Assembly: GCA_045810225.1 (NCBI GenBank)
Contig: JBJMWI010000176.1
Location: forward strand, 40,583 to 104,582
DNA: 64,000 bases
Direction of reading: 5' to 3'
Source of the DNA: Burkholderiales bacterium
Lineage (GTDB): Bacteria > Pseudomonadota > Gammaproteobacteria > Burkholderiales > JACQAP01
The notes under the pieces are model-generated. The model saw only the letters and a list, made by a program, of their open reading frames with translations. It ran no database searches and was not told where the DNA came from. Shown piece after piece: positions 8,925-19,013 of this stretch (positions are counted from its first letter, which is position 1; every line of letters begins with the position of its first letter). The position numbers and the translations under genes are program-made.

Positions 8925-9995
8925 TCATGATGTTCCGGACGTTTGCCGGGCATCGGCCGCAGCCTTGTCTTGCAGGTGACGGCCCAGGATCACCAGTACC
9001 GATATCACTGGCACAGACAGGAAGATGCCCGCAACTCCGCCAAGTTGCTCGCCGGCCAGCAGCCCGAAGATAACGAGCACCGGATGAATTTGCGCGCCCC
9101 CACCCATCAGATACGGATACAAGATGTAGTCCTGGAACAACCGATAGACGATCAGGAAGGCGGCGATCCATAGCAGGTGGCCATAGCCATCGATTCCCGA
9201 AACCACCAGGGTGACAATTGCAGCCATCAGCGGCCCGACCAGTGGAATAAATTCCAGGACAGCAGCAACTGCAGCCAGCAATAGCGCGTAGGGTACGCCT
9301 ATGGCCGTCAGGAAGCTGCCATAAGCCAGCAACGTCGCCAGGCAAAGCAACCCAAGCGCACTGACGTATCTGCCCAGGCTCTGATGAATATCAGAAAACA
9401 TGCTGTACAGCTCGTGCAGCGGAGCCAGCGGACGCAGCCAGACGACCAGCGTAGCGCTTATCTTTCTGCCATCCTTGATGAAAAAAAAAGCCAGTATCGG
9501 AATCAGTACGACATAAATAACATTGCCGAAAAAGCGGATGAACTGCGTACCGGCACTTCTCGCAAACGGAAGCGCAGCTGCAGTAGCCTCCCGGATATTT
9601 TGCTGAACGAATGCATCAATCCGGGTGCGCAGGGGTTCGAGCCATGATGGCAACGGAAGTCTGCCGGCCAGGTCGGTTTTTTCCGCCAGTTTTGGGGGCA
9701 ACTGCTCCAGCAGATTTTGTGCTTCTTCAACAACGTTCGGCATGATCAGCGTCGCGCTGACCGCGACTGCCGTGATCACCAGCGCAAATGCCGCTGCAAC
9801 CGCGGCAGTATGCGCAATGCGTCGTCCGCTGCGGCGTTCCAGAAAAGCGACCAGCGGAGCCATCATGTAGGCAAAAAAAACCGCCAGTACAAACGTCAAT
9901 AAAGCCTTGCGCGCAGCGAAAGCGGCATAGAACCCCAACGCAATAAGCCCCCAGGTCCAGGCGACTTTCGCGGCACGCGAATCCAAACCAAACAT
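8925..9995 (-). CDS. AI-2E family transporter (PerM/UPF0118-type permease)
   Basis: 356 aa polytopic membrane protein with the layout and conserved C-terminal half (PLVGPLMAAIV, GGVAGIFLSVPV) typical of the AI-2E/PerM family. Confidence 0.88.
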   Translation of the reverse strand: MFGLDSRAAKVAWTWGLIALGFYAAFAARKALLTFVLAVFFAYMMAPLVAFLERRSGRRIAHTAAVAAAFALVITAVAVSATLIMPNVVEEAQNLLEQLPPKLAEKTDLAGRLPLPSWLEPLRTRIDAFVQQNIREATAAALPFARSAGTQFIRFFGNVIYVVLIPILAFFFIKDGRKISATLVVWLRPLAPLHELYSMFSDIHQSLGRYVSALGLLCLATLLAYGSFLTAIGVPYALLLAAVAAVLEFIPLVGPLMAAIVTLVVSGIDGYGHLLWIAAFLIVYRLFQDYILYPYLMGGGAQIHPVLVIFGLLAGEQLGGVAGIFLSVPVISVLVILGRHLQDKAAADARQTSGTS

Positions 9996-10034
9996 GCGGC
10001 ATCCTTAATTTAGCTGCTGTTCCGATCTGCCGGA

Positions 10035-11978
10035 TCATCCGTTGCTGGACGGTGGCGTCGCAGCCTTTTCGACAGGCACTTCTTCAGCCGGGGCACCGGC
10101 TTTCATGGCACTGATGGCCCCGGCGCAATTGTTATCCTTGCCGAGCCCCAATTCGATCGTCGGCAACAATGCCGCCAGAGGTGTGACTAAAACGCCCAGT
10201 GCGACGGCAGCCGCACCGCGCGTCGCTATTTTTTTCTTTTCCGGTTTGATTTCTGGTTTTTTCAATTGCCCGCGTACCCGTACCGGTGAGTGCAATGACA
10301 GGATGCCGGGATGTTTCGGTTCCGTGCGCAGCCTGAAGTCGAGCGTTTCATTCTGCAGATTGATCAGCCCCTCTCCGAGTACGTTCGCCTGCTCGGTATC
10401 GACCAAAAGTATTTTTGGACGCAGGACTCCCTGCTGCAGTTCCAAGTCGCTCACAGCGCAACGGACATCGGTGCGCGAGGGCAGACCCAGGGCCGACATG
10501 AGTGCGTTGCCGAACTCCAGGCCGGCCAGGTCCACAAGCAAGGCGCTCAAATCGCCCTCGCTCATGAACAAACGTAGCTCGCCATCTCCATTCGCAAGCA
10601 ACTTGGCGGTGGAACTTCCGGTTGACTCGATGCGTGCCGTGCCGCCGATAATGCCCGAACCTTTGGCCATCTTGGTGTCGCGCAACAACCGGCTGAGGTC
10701 GACGCGACGGAAATCCACGTCTGCAATGGCATGCAGCACATCGTGCCGCCCATCCAGTTTTACATTGGCAACGATGCGCCCTTGCGCAACGCCAAAACTC
10801 AGCGGCGATATATTCACGAAGCCGTTCTGAACAATGATGTGTGCAGCAAGATTGTCCACCGGCGCCTTTTTGTTTTTGAAATGTGCGACCTTGTAGTGGA
10901 TATCCAAATCCGCCGCTCGCAGTCGCGGTACATTGATTGGTTTATCCGGGAGGATTCGCCAACGGTCGTTGGTGGTGGGCTTGCGGGGTTTCGCTCCGGT
11001 GAAGCCGGCCAGGTCTGCGATATCAACACTTTTGGAATGCAGTACCGCGGTGACCAGTCGCTTTTCGCGTTTGAGATCCATTTCAAGATTTCCGCCCAGG
11101 TCACTTTTGCCGACGACCCCGGCGAAATTCATAAAGCGGATGCGTTCGTTGCCATAATCGAGCTTGCCCTTCAAGGTGTACGGGCCGGAAGCCGGCAGCG
11201 GCACGCCGGTGAGCGGATAAAGGGCAGCAAGATTCTTGCCGCGCAAAAACAAATCCAGATTAGCACCGGCCAATTGCAGCGGCCGCTCGATGGTGCCCTT
11301 CAAAGTTATGACCGTCGGGCCGTTCTGCGCTTCGAGGTTTACCGGATAAGGGTGTCCGGGCTCGCGCAAGCTTAATACTGAACCGCCAACAAACCGGGCA
11401 GTGATCGGCTGCTTGGCATAAGTACCCTTCGCATCGATCAGCAGAGTGGCATCCTGACCGTTTTTCGGCGGTTCGGTATGCACCACGAGCGTAACGTCGG
11501 TCTTGTACTGGGGATCGAAAAACTTGATGTTGCCATCAGTGATGTTGATGCTGCCGATCTCTATTGGTGTACCGGATCCACCCTTTCCACCGACGTCGAA
11601 CTTCCAATTCGGTTCGCCGTTCGGCCCAGGACGCAAGTCGCCTCGCGGGCGTTCGGCGTTGATCTCCAGCAGATGTATTTGCCGGTGAAAGAGTGGGCGA
11701 AGGTCAACCCGTACTCTCAGTCTTTCAATTGAGCCAAATTGACTGTCTGCTGGAAAGTCCGGCGGATTCGCGATGGCGATGCCCTCCGCTATCACCAGCG
11801 GATGCCATCCTATTTTTACATCCAGATTGCGCAGCGAGACTTTGCGGCCCAGCGCTGCGCTGGCGCGCTGCTCCACCATCGGCCGCAACCAATTCCAATC
11901 CCAGATCACCACTGCGACGATGATCGCACCGATCAAAACGACCGGGATGGCGATCAGCAGTCGGCGCTTGGTGGTCAT
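10035..11978 (-). CDS. AsmA-family outer-membrane biogenesis protein
   Basis: Start taken at MTTKRRLLIAIPVVLIGAIIVAVVIWDWNWLRP, a single N-terminal TM anchor. A long beta-rich periplasmic domain follows (LSLRNLDVKIGWHPLVI...), as in AsmA-like proteins. Confidence 0.82.
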   Translation of the reverse strand: MTTKRRLLIAIPVVLIGAIIVAVVIWDWNWLRPMVEQRASAALGRKVSLRNLDVKIGWHPLVIAEGIAIANPPDFPADSQFGSIERLRVRVDLRPLFHRQIHLLEINAERPRGDLRPGPNGEPNWKFDVGGKGGSGTPIEIGSINITDGNIKFFDPQYKTDVTLVVHTEPPKNGQDATLLIDAKGTYAKQPITARFVGGSVLSLREPGHPYPVNLEAQNGPTVITLKGTIERPLQLAGANLDLFLRGKNLAALYPLTGVPLPASGPYTLKGKLDYGNERIRFMNFAGVVGKSDLGGNLEMDLKREKRLVTAVLHSKSVDIADLAGFTGAKPRKPTTNDRWRILPDKPINVPRLRAADLDIHYKVAHFKNKKAPVDNLAAHIIVQNGFVNISPLSFGVAQGRIVANVKLDGRHDVLHAIADVDFRRVDLSRLLRDTKMAKGSGIIGGTARIESTGSSTAKLLANGDGELRLFMSEGDLSALLVDLAGLEFGNALMSALGLPSRTDVRCAVSDLELQQGVLRPKILLVDTEQANVLGEGLINLQNETLDFRLRTEPKHPGILSLHSPVRVRGQLKKPEIKPEKKKIATRGAAAVALGVLVTPLAALLPTIELGLGKDNNCAGAISAMKAGAPAEEVPVEKAATPPSSNG

Positions 11979-12167
11979 GCTTTTCGGTATTGCGGGCAGG
12001 TCGAACAGCGTCCTACCTGGCCTGAGGCCAATCAGTCGAAACCATGGGACCTGCAGGAAACAGGTAACGTTCCCGCCATACTCCAATCGGCATTGCGCCG
12101 AAGTTTCGGACGGGAGCCGCAACGCCAAGCAAATCGAGCAGCCGCATGCTGTGCCGCCATGCCGCCT

Positions 12168-13061
12168 TTATGAATGCTGGGGTATTGCATTTTCCGCCGC
12201 GGCAGGGCGATTCGAATTTTTGCGTGAGCCATGACTTTCGGCATAGACCTTGGTGAACTCGGCGCCAAGCAAGAAAATCTGCGAGGAATAATAGACCCAC
12301 ACCAATATCACGACGAGCGCCCCGGCCGCTCCGTAGCTCGATTCCACGCCGCTTTTGCCGATATACAGCCCGATTACGAATTTGCCAAACGAGAACAGCA
12401 GAGAAGTGACCAGTGCTCCAATCCACACATCGCCCCAACTGATCGCAATGCGTGGCAGGAAACGGTAGATCAGCGCAAACAAGACTGTGATGACGGCTAT
12501 CGACACTACGAAATTGACGATATGCAACAGCGCTTCCATGCCTTCGAACCAGCCGGCCCAGTACTTGCCCCACACGGCGATTGCAGTGCTGACCACCAGC
12601 GAAACCATCAACAGGAAGCCGATGGCTAACACCATGCCGATCGATAGCAGGCGCGTGCGTATGAAATGCCACAAACCGGAAATCTTTTGTGTCTCCACTT
12701 TCCAGATGCGGTTCAGATTGCTCTCCAATTCGGCAAAGACCGTCGTTGCGCCGACGATCATGGCCAGAATCCCGAGCAGGCTGGCCAGCGTGCCCTGTTT
12801 TGGTTTTTGCGCGCTCGCCAGCATGCCTTCAATTGCCCTGGCGCCATTTTCTCCGAGCAATCCCCCGGCCTGCTCCATGATGCCTGCATGGGCAGCCTCC
12901 TGCCCAAACACCAACCCGGCCACCGCAATAACAATAACGAGCAGCGGAGCAATGGAAAATACGGTGTAGTAGGACAACGCAGCCCCCATGCTGGGCGCGT
13001 AGTCGGATTGCCAGCTAGTGAACGCCGCCTTTGACAGTTGGAACAGCGTTTTGAGCTTCAT
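12168..13061 (-). CDS. YihY/BrkB-family inner-membrane protein (paralogue 2)
   Basis: 297 aa. See paralogue 1; the same conserved blocks are present. Confidence 0.9.
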   Translation of the reverse strand: MKLKTLFQLSKAAFTSWQSDYAPSMGAALSYYTVFSIAPLLVIVIAVAGLVFGQEAAHAGIMEQAGGLLGENGARAIEGMLASAQKPKQGTLASLLGILAMIVGATTVFAELESNLNRIWKVETQKISGLWHFIRTRLLSIGMVLAIGFLLMVSLVVSTAIAVWGKYWAGWFEGMEALLHIVNFVVSIAVITVLFALIYRFLPRIAISWGDVWIGALVTSLLFSFGKFVIGLYIGKSGVESSYGAAGALVVILVWVYYSSQIFLLGAEFTKVYAESHGSRKNSNRPAAAENAIPQHS

Positions 13062-13193
13062 CGTTGCCGGTTGCGTGAGTCACCATGATTAGTGGCATCG
13101 CTTACGCGCGAAGTTCAGGGGTTTGGTTCTTTTGGACTCAGGATTGGCTTTGGCGCAGACCAAAGCCATGTGCCCCAGGCGGCGAACGCACGA

Positions 13194-13556
13194 TTACGGC
13201 AACAAGTTTTTTTGCACTTCGTGCGGCTTATGAAGCATGACTTCCGAAAGGTCATCGAATTGCGCCCTAAGCGTCTCTTCCAGTTGCGAAAGACTCTGTC
13301 GGTGCGCGATCAGATCGGTCGTCTCGAGGCGGTCGCTACCCAGGATCCCCGCAATACCGGCTTGAATACGCATGGCCAATGCCTGGCGTTGTTGAGTAAT
13401 TTCCAACAACCGGGCGCAGCGCGCGGATTCGGCATCGATCAACGCAGTAACGGCTTCCTGCTCAAGCCCTTCAGGAACCGCAAGGATCATTTTGCAATTC
13501 GTGCAGGTTGGCGGCACCGCGCTTGTACCGCCCGATGACCGTAAAAAAGCAGGCAT
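13194..13556 (-). CDS. hypothetical protein (about 120 aa)
   Basis: The internal ATG at 13556 is preceded by GGAGGAG with about 8-nt spacing. The product has an N-terminal CTNC motif followed by a helical Q/E/L-rich region. No family recognised. Confidence 0.45.
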   Translation of the reverse strand: MPAFLRSSGGTSAVPPTCTNCKMILAVPEGLEQEAVTALIDAESARCARLLEITQQRQALAMRIQAGIAGILGSDRLETTDLIAHRQSLSQLEETLRAQFDDLSEVMLHKPHEVQKNLLP

Positions 13557-13647
13557 CACAAATCTCCTCCACGCCTCCGGATGCATTGATACCGATGTAC
13601 CACCGGCCGCAGCAGACTAAATCCCGTGCGGGTCAATGGACATCGAA

Positions 13648-13935
13648 TCAAACGCCTTCGACGGCTATGATGTTTCCCGTGGCCGCCTTCATGCGCAATT
13701 CCTTCGGTTTGCGATATTCTTCCGAGTCATACCATTCGCGCGCGCGTGCCAAAGTTTCGAACTGGAGGACTACGATGCGCTTGGGCCGCCAGTCTCCCTC
13801 TAGCACATCAATATTGCCGCCGCGCACGATGAACTTGCCGCCGTACCGGGTCAACGTTGCACCCACTAGCTTGCGATACTCGTCATAGGCTTGAGTATCG
13901 CGCACCTCAATATCGACAATGACGTAAGCAGGCAT
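13648..13935 (-). CDS. DUF1330 domain protein
   Basis: MPAYVIVDIEVRDTQAYDEYRKLVGATLTRYGGKFIVRGG...VVLQFETLARAREWYDSEEY is the typical DUF1330 (dimeric alpha-beta barrel) pattern. The start is set at the internal ATG. Confidence 0.85.
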   Translation of the reverse strand: MPAYVIVDIEVRDTQAYDEYRKLVGATLTRYGGKFIVRGGNIDVLEGDWRPKRIVVLQFETLARAREWYDSEEYRKPKELRMKAATGNIIAVEGV

Positions 13936-14107
13936 GTTCGGCTCCGCTAGAAGGATTCGCAAGAATAAAAAATTTGAGGTCCGAAAGCTACAAAAACCGC
14001 TCATTGCAAGGAGGTACTGAATGCCCGGAACATACAACTTGAATCTGGCTCAAAGAGGCGTCATCTTGACCATCACGCGGCCGACCGGCCGGGCATAGAC
14101 ATCAGCG

Positions 14108-15055
14108 ATGAAATATAAGGACTACTACGAAATACTGGGCGTCAAGCGTGATGCCAGCAACGACGACATCCGCAAGGCGTATCGCAAGCTGGCCCACAAA
14201 TACCACCCTGACGTCTCCAAGGATCCCAAAGGCGAGGAGCAATTCAAGGCAGTTGCCGAGGCTTACCAGACGCTGAAGGATCCTGAGAAGCGGGCGGCGT
14301 ACGACAACCTCGGCAGACACCGGCCTGGTGAAGAATTCAGTCCGCCACCCGAGTGGGGCAACCAGTTCGGTGAAGGAGGTTTTTCGTTTGACGACGTCGA
14401 TCTTTCCGATCTGTTTGCCGGGTTGGGAGGCGGCAGATTCCGTGGCGGCAGCCGGGGCGGCAACCGATCCGCACCAGGACAGGATTATGAAGTCACGGCA
14501 CCGATCACGCTGGAAGACGCCTATCGCGGCACGGAGTTGGACCTGAATCTGAGTGTTCCCGAACATGACGAGCAAGGTCGCATGCGACGCGTGCCGCTCG
14601 CATTCAAGGCGCGCATTCCGAAAGGGGTGACCGACGGGGAAAGATTGCGTTTGCCGGGCAAAGGCGGCAAAGGATTCAGCGGCGGCCCGAATGGAAATCT
14701 TTATTTGACCATCCAGTTGCAACCTCATCCGCTATATCGCGTCACGGGCCATGATTTGTATCTGGATCTGCCTCTGGCGCCCTGGGAAGCCGCGCTCGGG
14801 GCAACCGTCGACGTACCGACTCTTGGTGGAGCGGTCCGGCTCAAAGTGCCGGCGGGAACCAATACCGGGCAAAAGTTGCGGCTGGCTAAACGTGGGTTGC
14901 CCAAGCGCCGCGAGGGCGAAGGCGATTTATTTGCCATCGTGCAAATTGTCGTACCGCCTTCGCTATCCGAACGTGAAAAGGCGCTGTTCAAGGATCTGGC
15001 AGACGCTTCCAGGTTCAATCCTCGCGCCTCGTTTCCAGCAGGGGAATCGAAATGA
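14108..15055 (+). CDS. cbpA: curved-DNA-binding protein CbpA (DnaJ-like co-chaperone)
   Basis: J domain KDYYEILGV...AYRKLAHKYHPDV, followed by a Gly-rich linker and DnaJ C-terminal domains with no zinc-finger domain. Its partner cbpM lies immediately downstream. Confidence 0.9.
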   Translation: MKYKDYYEILGVKRDASNDDIRKAYRKLAHKYHPDVSKDPKGEEQFKAVAEAYQTLKDPEKRAAYDNLGRHRPGEEFSPPPEWGNQFGEGGFSFDDVDLSDLFAGLGGGRFRGGSRGGNRSAPGQDYEVTAPITLEDAYRGTELDLNLSVPEHDEQGRMRRVPLAFKARIPKGVTDGERLRLPGKGGKGFSGGPNGNLYLTIQLQPHPLYRVTGHDLYLDLPLAPWEAALGATVDVPTLGGAVRLKVPAGTNTGQKLRLAKRGLPKRREGEGDLFAIVQIVVPPSLSEREKALFKDLADASRFNPRASFPAGESK

Positions 15056-15384
15056 CTGGCGAATACACCCAGGCGCAGTGGCTGCACGAACAGACGGAAA
15101 TTTCGATCGAGCAGCTGGCCGAACTTTCCGGTGCATCACACGAAATGCTGCGCGAACTGGTTGATTTCGGCGCCTTGATACCCACGAACGTGCAATCAGA
15201 ACACTGGACCTTTACGCCGGACTGCATTGTGTCCGTGCGCGCGGCCGCTCGTCTGCAAACCGACTTTGATCTCGACGTAAATTCCCTGTCGGTTGCCCTG
15301 GGATTGATGGAACGCATCCGAACCCTGGAAGCGCAGTTGCGCGAATTGCAATCCCAGTTGCCGCGGTTGCGGCGAATCGGATAG
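15052..15384 (+). CDS. cbpM: chaperone modulatory protein CbpM (MerR-like)
   Basis: 110 aa. ATGA overlap with the cbpA stop. ISIEQLAELSGASHEMLRELVDFGAL is an HTH-like segment as found in CbpM. Confidence 0.82.
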   Translation: MTGEYTQAQWLHEQTEISIEQLAELSGASHEMLRELVDFGALIPTNVQSEHWTFTPDCIVSVRAAARLQTDFDLDVNSLSVALGLMERIRTLEAQLRELQSQLPRLRRIG

Positions 15385-15519
15385 GACAACTCTCCGGCAG
15401 CATCCGGGCTGCGCTGTAATCGTTGATTTGCTTTCCCTGGGTATGCTGTGCGAGTTCTGGCATCATGATCGAACAGCGCATCCGCGTCGGCAAGTCGACA
15501 AGCCGGGAAGACAGCCCCC

Positions 15520-16488
15520 ATGAAGAATCTCTTTATCACTTCCCTGTGCGCGGCACTTAGCCTGGCGCCTGCCTCGCTGATGGCGCAACCGGTTGGCTTT
15601 CCCGCGCCACCCCCGAAGGTCAGCCCCGCGCAAGGTGCGATTGATTTTCACGTCCATTCCGAACCCGACGTGTTCGGCCGCAGCATGGACGACATCGATG
15701 TCGCGGTACTGGCGTCGCGCAAAGGGATGCGCGGCCTGGTCCTGAAAAATCACGTCACCATGACAGCTGATCGCGCGGTGCTGGTCATGAAAATCGTGCC
15801 GGGGATCGAAGTCTTCGGTGGCATCGTGCTGAATAATGCCGTGGGCGGGATCAACCCCGCGGCTGTTGAATGGATGCACCGCATGTCTGGCGGCCGCGGC
15901 AAAGTCGTATGGTTGCCGACCTTTGACTCCGACAAACACATCAAGACCCTGGTGGACCCGAAGGCTTCGGGCATCGTGGTTGCGCCCAACGGGGTCGTCA
16001 CGCCGCAGCTTGAAGAAGTACTCAAAATCATAGCGCGCGAAAATCTGGTGCTAGCAACGGGGCATATTCATGCGCATGAAGTACTGGCCGTGGTTAAGCG
16101 CGCAAAAGAACTCGGCGTGAAAAATATCTTGATTACGCATGCGTTGACCAACATTCCCGGCCTGTCGCTAGAGCAGGCGCGACAGGTGACGCAGATGGGC
16201 GCGTATATCGAATATTGCTACCTGCAGTCCATGGCCGGGCCGGACGCGCAGCATGGCTGGCTGAAACACTGGGCTAAGGTCACGCTAAAGGATGTAGCGA
16301 AGGTCGTTGGCGACATCGGGGCTCAACATATTGTGTTGTCCACGGATCTTGGCCAGCACGCGAACATGACGCATCCCGACGGCATGGAAGACATGATCGG
16401 CGGCCTGCTGAAAGAAGGCGTATCGCAGGCGGACATCGATTTCATGGTGAAGAAAAACCCCGCTCGCCTGCTGGGACTGGAAAACTAA
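15520..16488 (+). CDS. exported amidohydrolase-fold protein (uncharacterised family)
   Basis: Signal peptide (SLCAALSLAPASLMA), then IDFHVHSEPD (a metal-binding HxH-like motif) and later GHIHAHE/THAL motifs, suggesting a TIM-barrel metallo-hydrolase. Confidence 0.65.
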   Translation: MKNLFITSLCAALSLAPASLMAQPVGFPAPPPKVSPAQGAIDFHVHSEPDVFGRSMDDIDVAVLASRKGMRGLVLKNHVTMTADRAVLVMKIVPGIEVFGGIVLNNAVGGINPAAVEWMHRMSGGRGKVVWLPTFDSDKHIKTLVDPKASGIVVAPNGVVTPQLEEVLKIIARENLVLATGHIHAHEVLAVVKRAKELGVKNILITHALTNIPGLSLEQARQVTQMGAYIEYCYLQSMAGPDAQHGWLKHWAKVTLKDVAKVVGDIGAQHIVLSTDLGQHANMTHPDGMEDMIGGLLKEGVSQADIDFMVKKNPARLLGLEN

Positions 16489-16519
16489 GAAACGGCACTG
16501 GCGCCATCAGCACTACCGG

Positions 16520-17986
16520 TCAGGCGCTTTCCCGTTTCAGCACCCTGCCGGATCGTGTGCCAGTCGCGCGATTGTTTTGCCAGACTATTGCACCGTTGAC
16601 GATGGTCGTGGCGATGCCGGCTGCGGGCTGGATGGGCTTTTCCCATGTCGCAGTTTCCGCGATCGTGGCCGGATCGAAAATTACGATATCCGCATAGGCG
16701 CCCTGTTTTAAAACACCGCGATCCTTCAGTCCAAACGTCGTTGCAGGCAGGCCAGTCATTTTTCGCACAGCGGTTTCCAGGGAAAACAGCTTCAGTTCGC
16801 GGCTGTAGTGACCCAGCACGCGCGGAAAACAGCCCCACAGCCGCGGATGCGGGGCCGCGTCATGCGGTAGTCCGTCTGAACCAATCATCGTATGTTCAAA
16901 CGCCAGAATACGCTGCACGTCCGCTTCATCCATCGAGAAATAGATCGCCGAAGCGGGTTGCAGCTTGGCGATGGCCTGTTCCACCGGCAACCCCATTTTC
17001 TGCACAACCTTATCCAGGTCCATGCCAGCGAACTGCGGATAAGGCTTCGAGGAACTGACGATGACACGCGAGCAGATCAGGGTGCGCGCGTAACTCAGCA
17101 TGGTCGAAGAGGCCATGTATGGATAGCAGTCAAGGCACACCGGCTGACTCCGCATCGCCTTCGCGATGTGTGGCAAGGTCTCCCGCGACCGCCCGTGGTT
17201 CTTGTTTCCCACGACTTTATGGTGGGAAATTACGACCGGCACATCGAGCTCGCGCGCGGCGCGAAAGCTTTCGTCCAGCGAGTCAAGGACATGGTCGGCC
17301 TCGTCTCGCATATGGGTGCAATAGATACCGTTGAATTCTCGCAATGGTTGCGCGATCTGCACGACTTCTTCAGCAGGTGCGGCGTTGGATAATTCGTAGT
17401 ACAACCCGCTCGAAAAGCCGATTGCACCCGCACCAAGGGCTTCGCGTACCAGGTCGCGCATGCGGGCAATCTCCCCCTTGGTCGCTGCGCGGTCCAAGTG
17501 ATCCATGGTGGCGACGCGCAAGGTCATGTGTCCGACCAGCAGAGCACAGTTTACCGACGCCGGATGCGCGTGCAGTTCTTCCACATACGCGCCAAAGGTC
17601 GGAAAGCGAAACCATTTGCCGTCGTTGTCAAGCAGATCCAGCGGCGCCGGCGGCGCGCCTTCCATGCCATCCGGCATGGGAGACAGCGAGATGCCGCAGT
17701 TGCCTGCAACGACCGTCGTGACGCCCTGGCTGATCTTCGGCGCCATGTCGCCTGCCGACAGCATCAACCGGTCATCGTGCGTGTGCGCATCGATGAAGCC
17801 AGGTGCCGCAATTTTTCCGGCAGCGTCCAGTTCTATGTCCGCCCGAGCTTTGTCGAACCGGCCGATTGCGGCTACCCGGTCTGCGCGCACGCCAATGTCG
17901 CCTTGAAAGCGCGCGGCGCCGCTGCCATCGATGATGCTTGCGTTTCTGATTAACAGATCGAAATTCTGCTCCATGATGTGTTCCAT
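16520..17986 (-). CDS. D-aminoacylase (N-acyl-D-amino-acid deacylase) family amidohydrolase
   Basis: FDLLIRNASIIDGSG...GDIGVRADRVAAIG...APGFIDAHTHDD and the C-terminal ADIVIFDP pattern. The start may instead be the ATG at 17974. Confidence 0.88.
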   Translation of the reverse strand: MEHIMEQNFDLLIRNASIIDGSGAARFQGDIGVRADRVAAIGRFDKARADIELDAAGKIAAPGFIDAHTHDDRLMLSAGDMAPKISQGVTTVVAGNCGISLSPMPDGMEGAPPAPLDLLDNDGKWFRFPTFGAYVEELHAHPASVNCALLVGHMTLRVATMDHLDRAATKGEIARMRDLVREALGAGAIGFSSGLYYELSNAAPAEEVVQIAQPLREFNGIYCTHMRDEADHVLDSLDESFRAARELDVPVVISHHKVVGNKNHGRSRETLPHIAKAMRSQPVCLDCYPYMASSTMLSYARTLICSRVIVSSSKPYPQFAGMDLDKVVQKMGLPVEQAIAKLQPASAIYFSMDEADVQRILAFEHTMIGSDGLPHDAAPHPRLWGCFPRVLGHYSRELKLFSLETAVRKMTGLPATTFGLKDRGVLKQGAYADIVIFDPATIAETATWEKPIQPAAGIATTIVNGAIVWQNNRATGTRSGRVLKRESA

Positions 17987-18010
17987 TGGTTAGACCAAGA
18001 TATGCGGTAG

Positions 18011-18967
18011 TTACTCGACCTTCGCGCCAGCGCGCTTGATGATCTCGGCCCAGCGCGGCCGCTCGCGCTCTGCCATCGCCGCGAACTGCTCCGGCGTGCT
18101 GCCATCGATTTCGGTATCAAGTTCGGCGAAACGCTTGCTCACGGCAGGCGCATGCAAGGCGGCGATTATTTCACGGTTTAGCTTCGCCACGATCTTCGGC
18201 GGCAGCTTGGCCGGGCCAATGACGCCGCCCCATGCAACGGTCTCGTAGCCGGTTACGCCTGCTTCGGCCACTGTTGGCAAGCTCGGAAATAATGGCGACC
18301 GATGCGCGCCCGACACCGCCAGCGGCCGCAGGCGTCCCGATTTTGCGTACGAGGACAATGAAGTCAAGTTATCGAAAATGACATTCGCTTCGCCTGCTAT
18401 CACGTCGGCAATCGCCTGTGGACTGCCGCGATACGGAATATGCAGCATTGGCGTGCCCGTCATGGCCTTGAATAGTTCGCCGCCGAGATGACCGGTGGTG
18501 CCATTGCCGGCCGAGGCCATGATCAGCTTGTCCGGATACTTGCGGCCGTAATCGATTAATTGCCTGACGTTATTCACCGGGAGATCTTTGTTGATCGCAA
18601 GCAGGTTGGCAACGCGCAGGCAATTGGAAATCAGCGTGAGATCCTCGTTGCGATAGGGAACGGAGGCAACCAGCCCGTGCACGATCGCAAGCGAAACGAT
18701 GTTGCCGTAACCCAGGGTATAACCGTCGGGCGCTGCGTGAACGATTTCCATCGTGCCGATCACGGCGTTGGCGCCTGGCTTGTTCAAGATTATGATTTGC
18801 TGGCCGAGGCGCCTGGATAATTCCGCAGTGAGGATGCGCATAAGCGTATCCGGCGAACCGCCAGCGGCAGAAGGCACTATGAAACGGATCGGTTTGTCGG
18901 GATAGTCGGCAAGCAGGGGCCCGCAAAGCAGCAACAACAGGACGGCGGCGAAATAACCTGGCTTCAT
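18011..18967 (-). CDS. Bug-family (TctC-like) tripartite tricarboxylate transporter substrate-binding protein
   Basis: 318 aa with a signal peptide, then YPDKPIRFIVPSAAGGSPD and GVTGYETVAWGGVIGPAKLP, hallmark blocks of Bug proteins. Confidence 0.9.
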   Translation of the reverse strand: MKPGYFAAVLLLLLCGPLLADYPDKPIRFIVPSAAGGSPDTLMRILTAELSRRLGQQIIILNKPGANAVIGTMEIVHAAPDGYTLGYGNIVSLAIVHGLVASVPYRNEDLTLISNCLRVANLLAINKDLPVNNVRQLIDYGRKYPDKLIMASAGNGTTGHLGGELFKAMTGTPMLHIPYRGSPQAIADVIAGEANVIFDNLTSLSSYAKSGRLRPLAVSGAHRSPLFPSLPTVAEAGVTGYETVAWGGVIGPAKLPPKIVAKLNREIIAALHAPAVSKRFAELDTEIDGSTPEQFAAMAERERPRWAEIIKRAGAKVE

Positions 18968-19013
18968 CTATTCTGTAGCGCTCGCTCTGTATACTTCGTT
19001 TCGGAACTGATCT

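Noticed and set aside
10042-10830. 262-aa plus-strand ORF opposite asmA.
   Set aside because: It is Ser/Ala/Arg-rich and antisense to a coherent AsmA-family ORF.
13146-13167. The 8-bp hairpin GGCTTTGG-cgcaga-CCAAAGCC as a possible terminator.
   Set aside because: There is no U-tract on either strand, and its function is not supported by the sequence alone.
13092-13538. 148-aa plus-strand ORF.
   Set aside because: It has Arg-rich composition and no SD. The overlapping minus-strand frame has a strong GGAGGAG SD and a protein-like sequence, so that frame was preferred, though still with low confidence.
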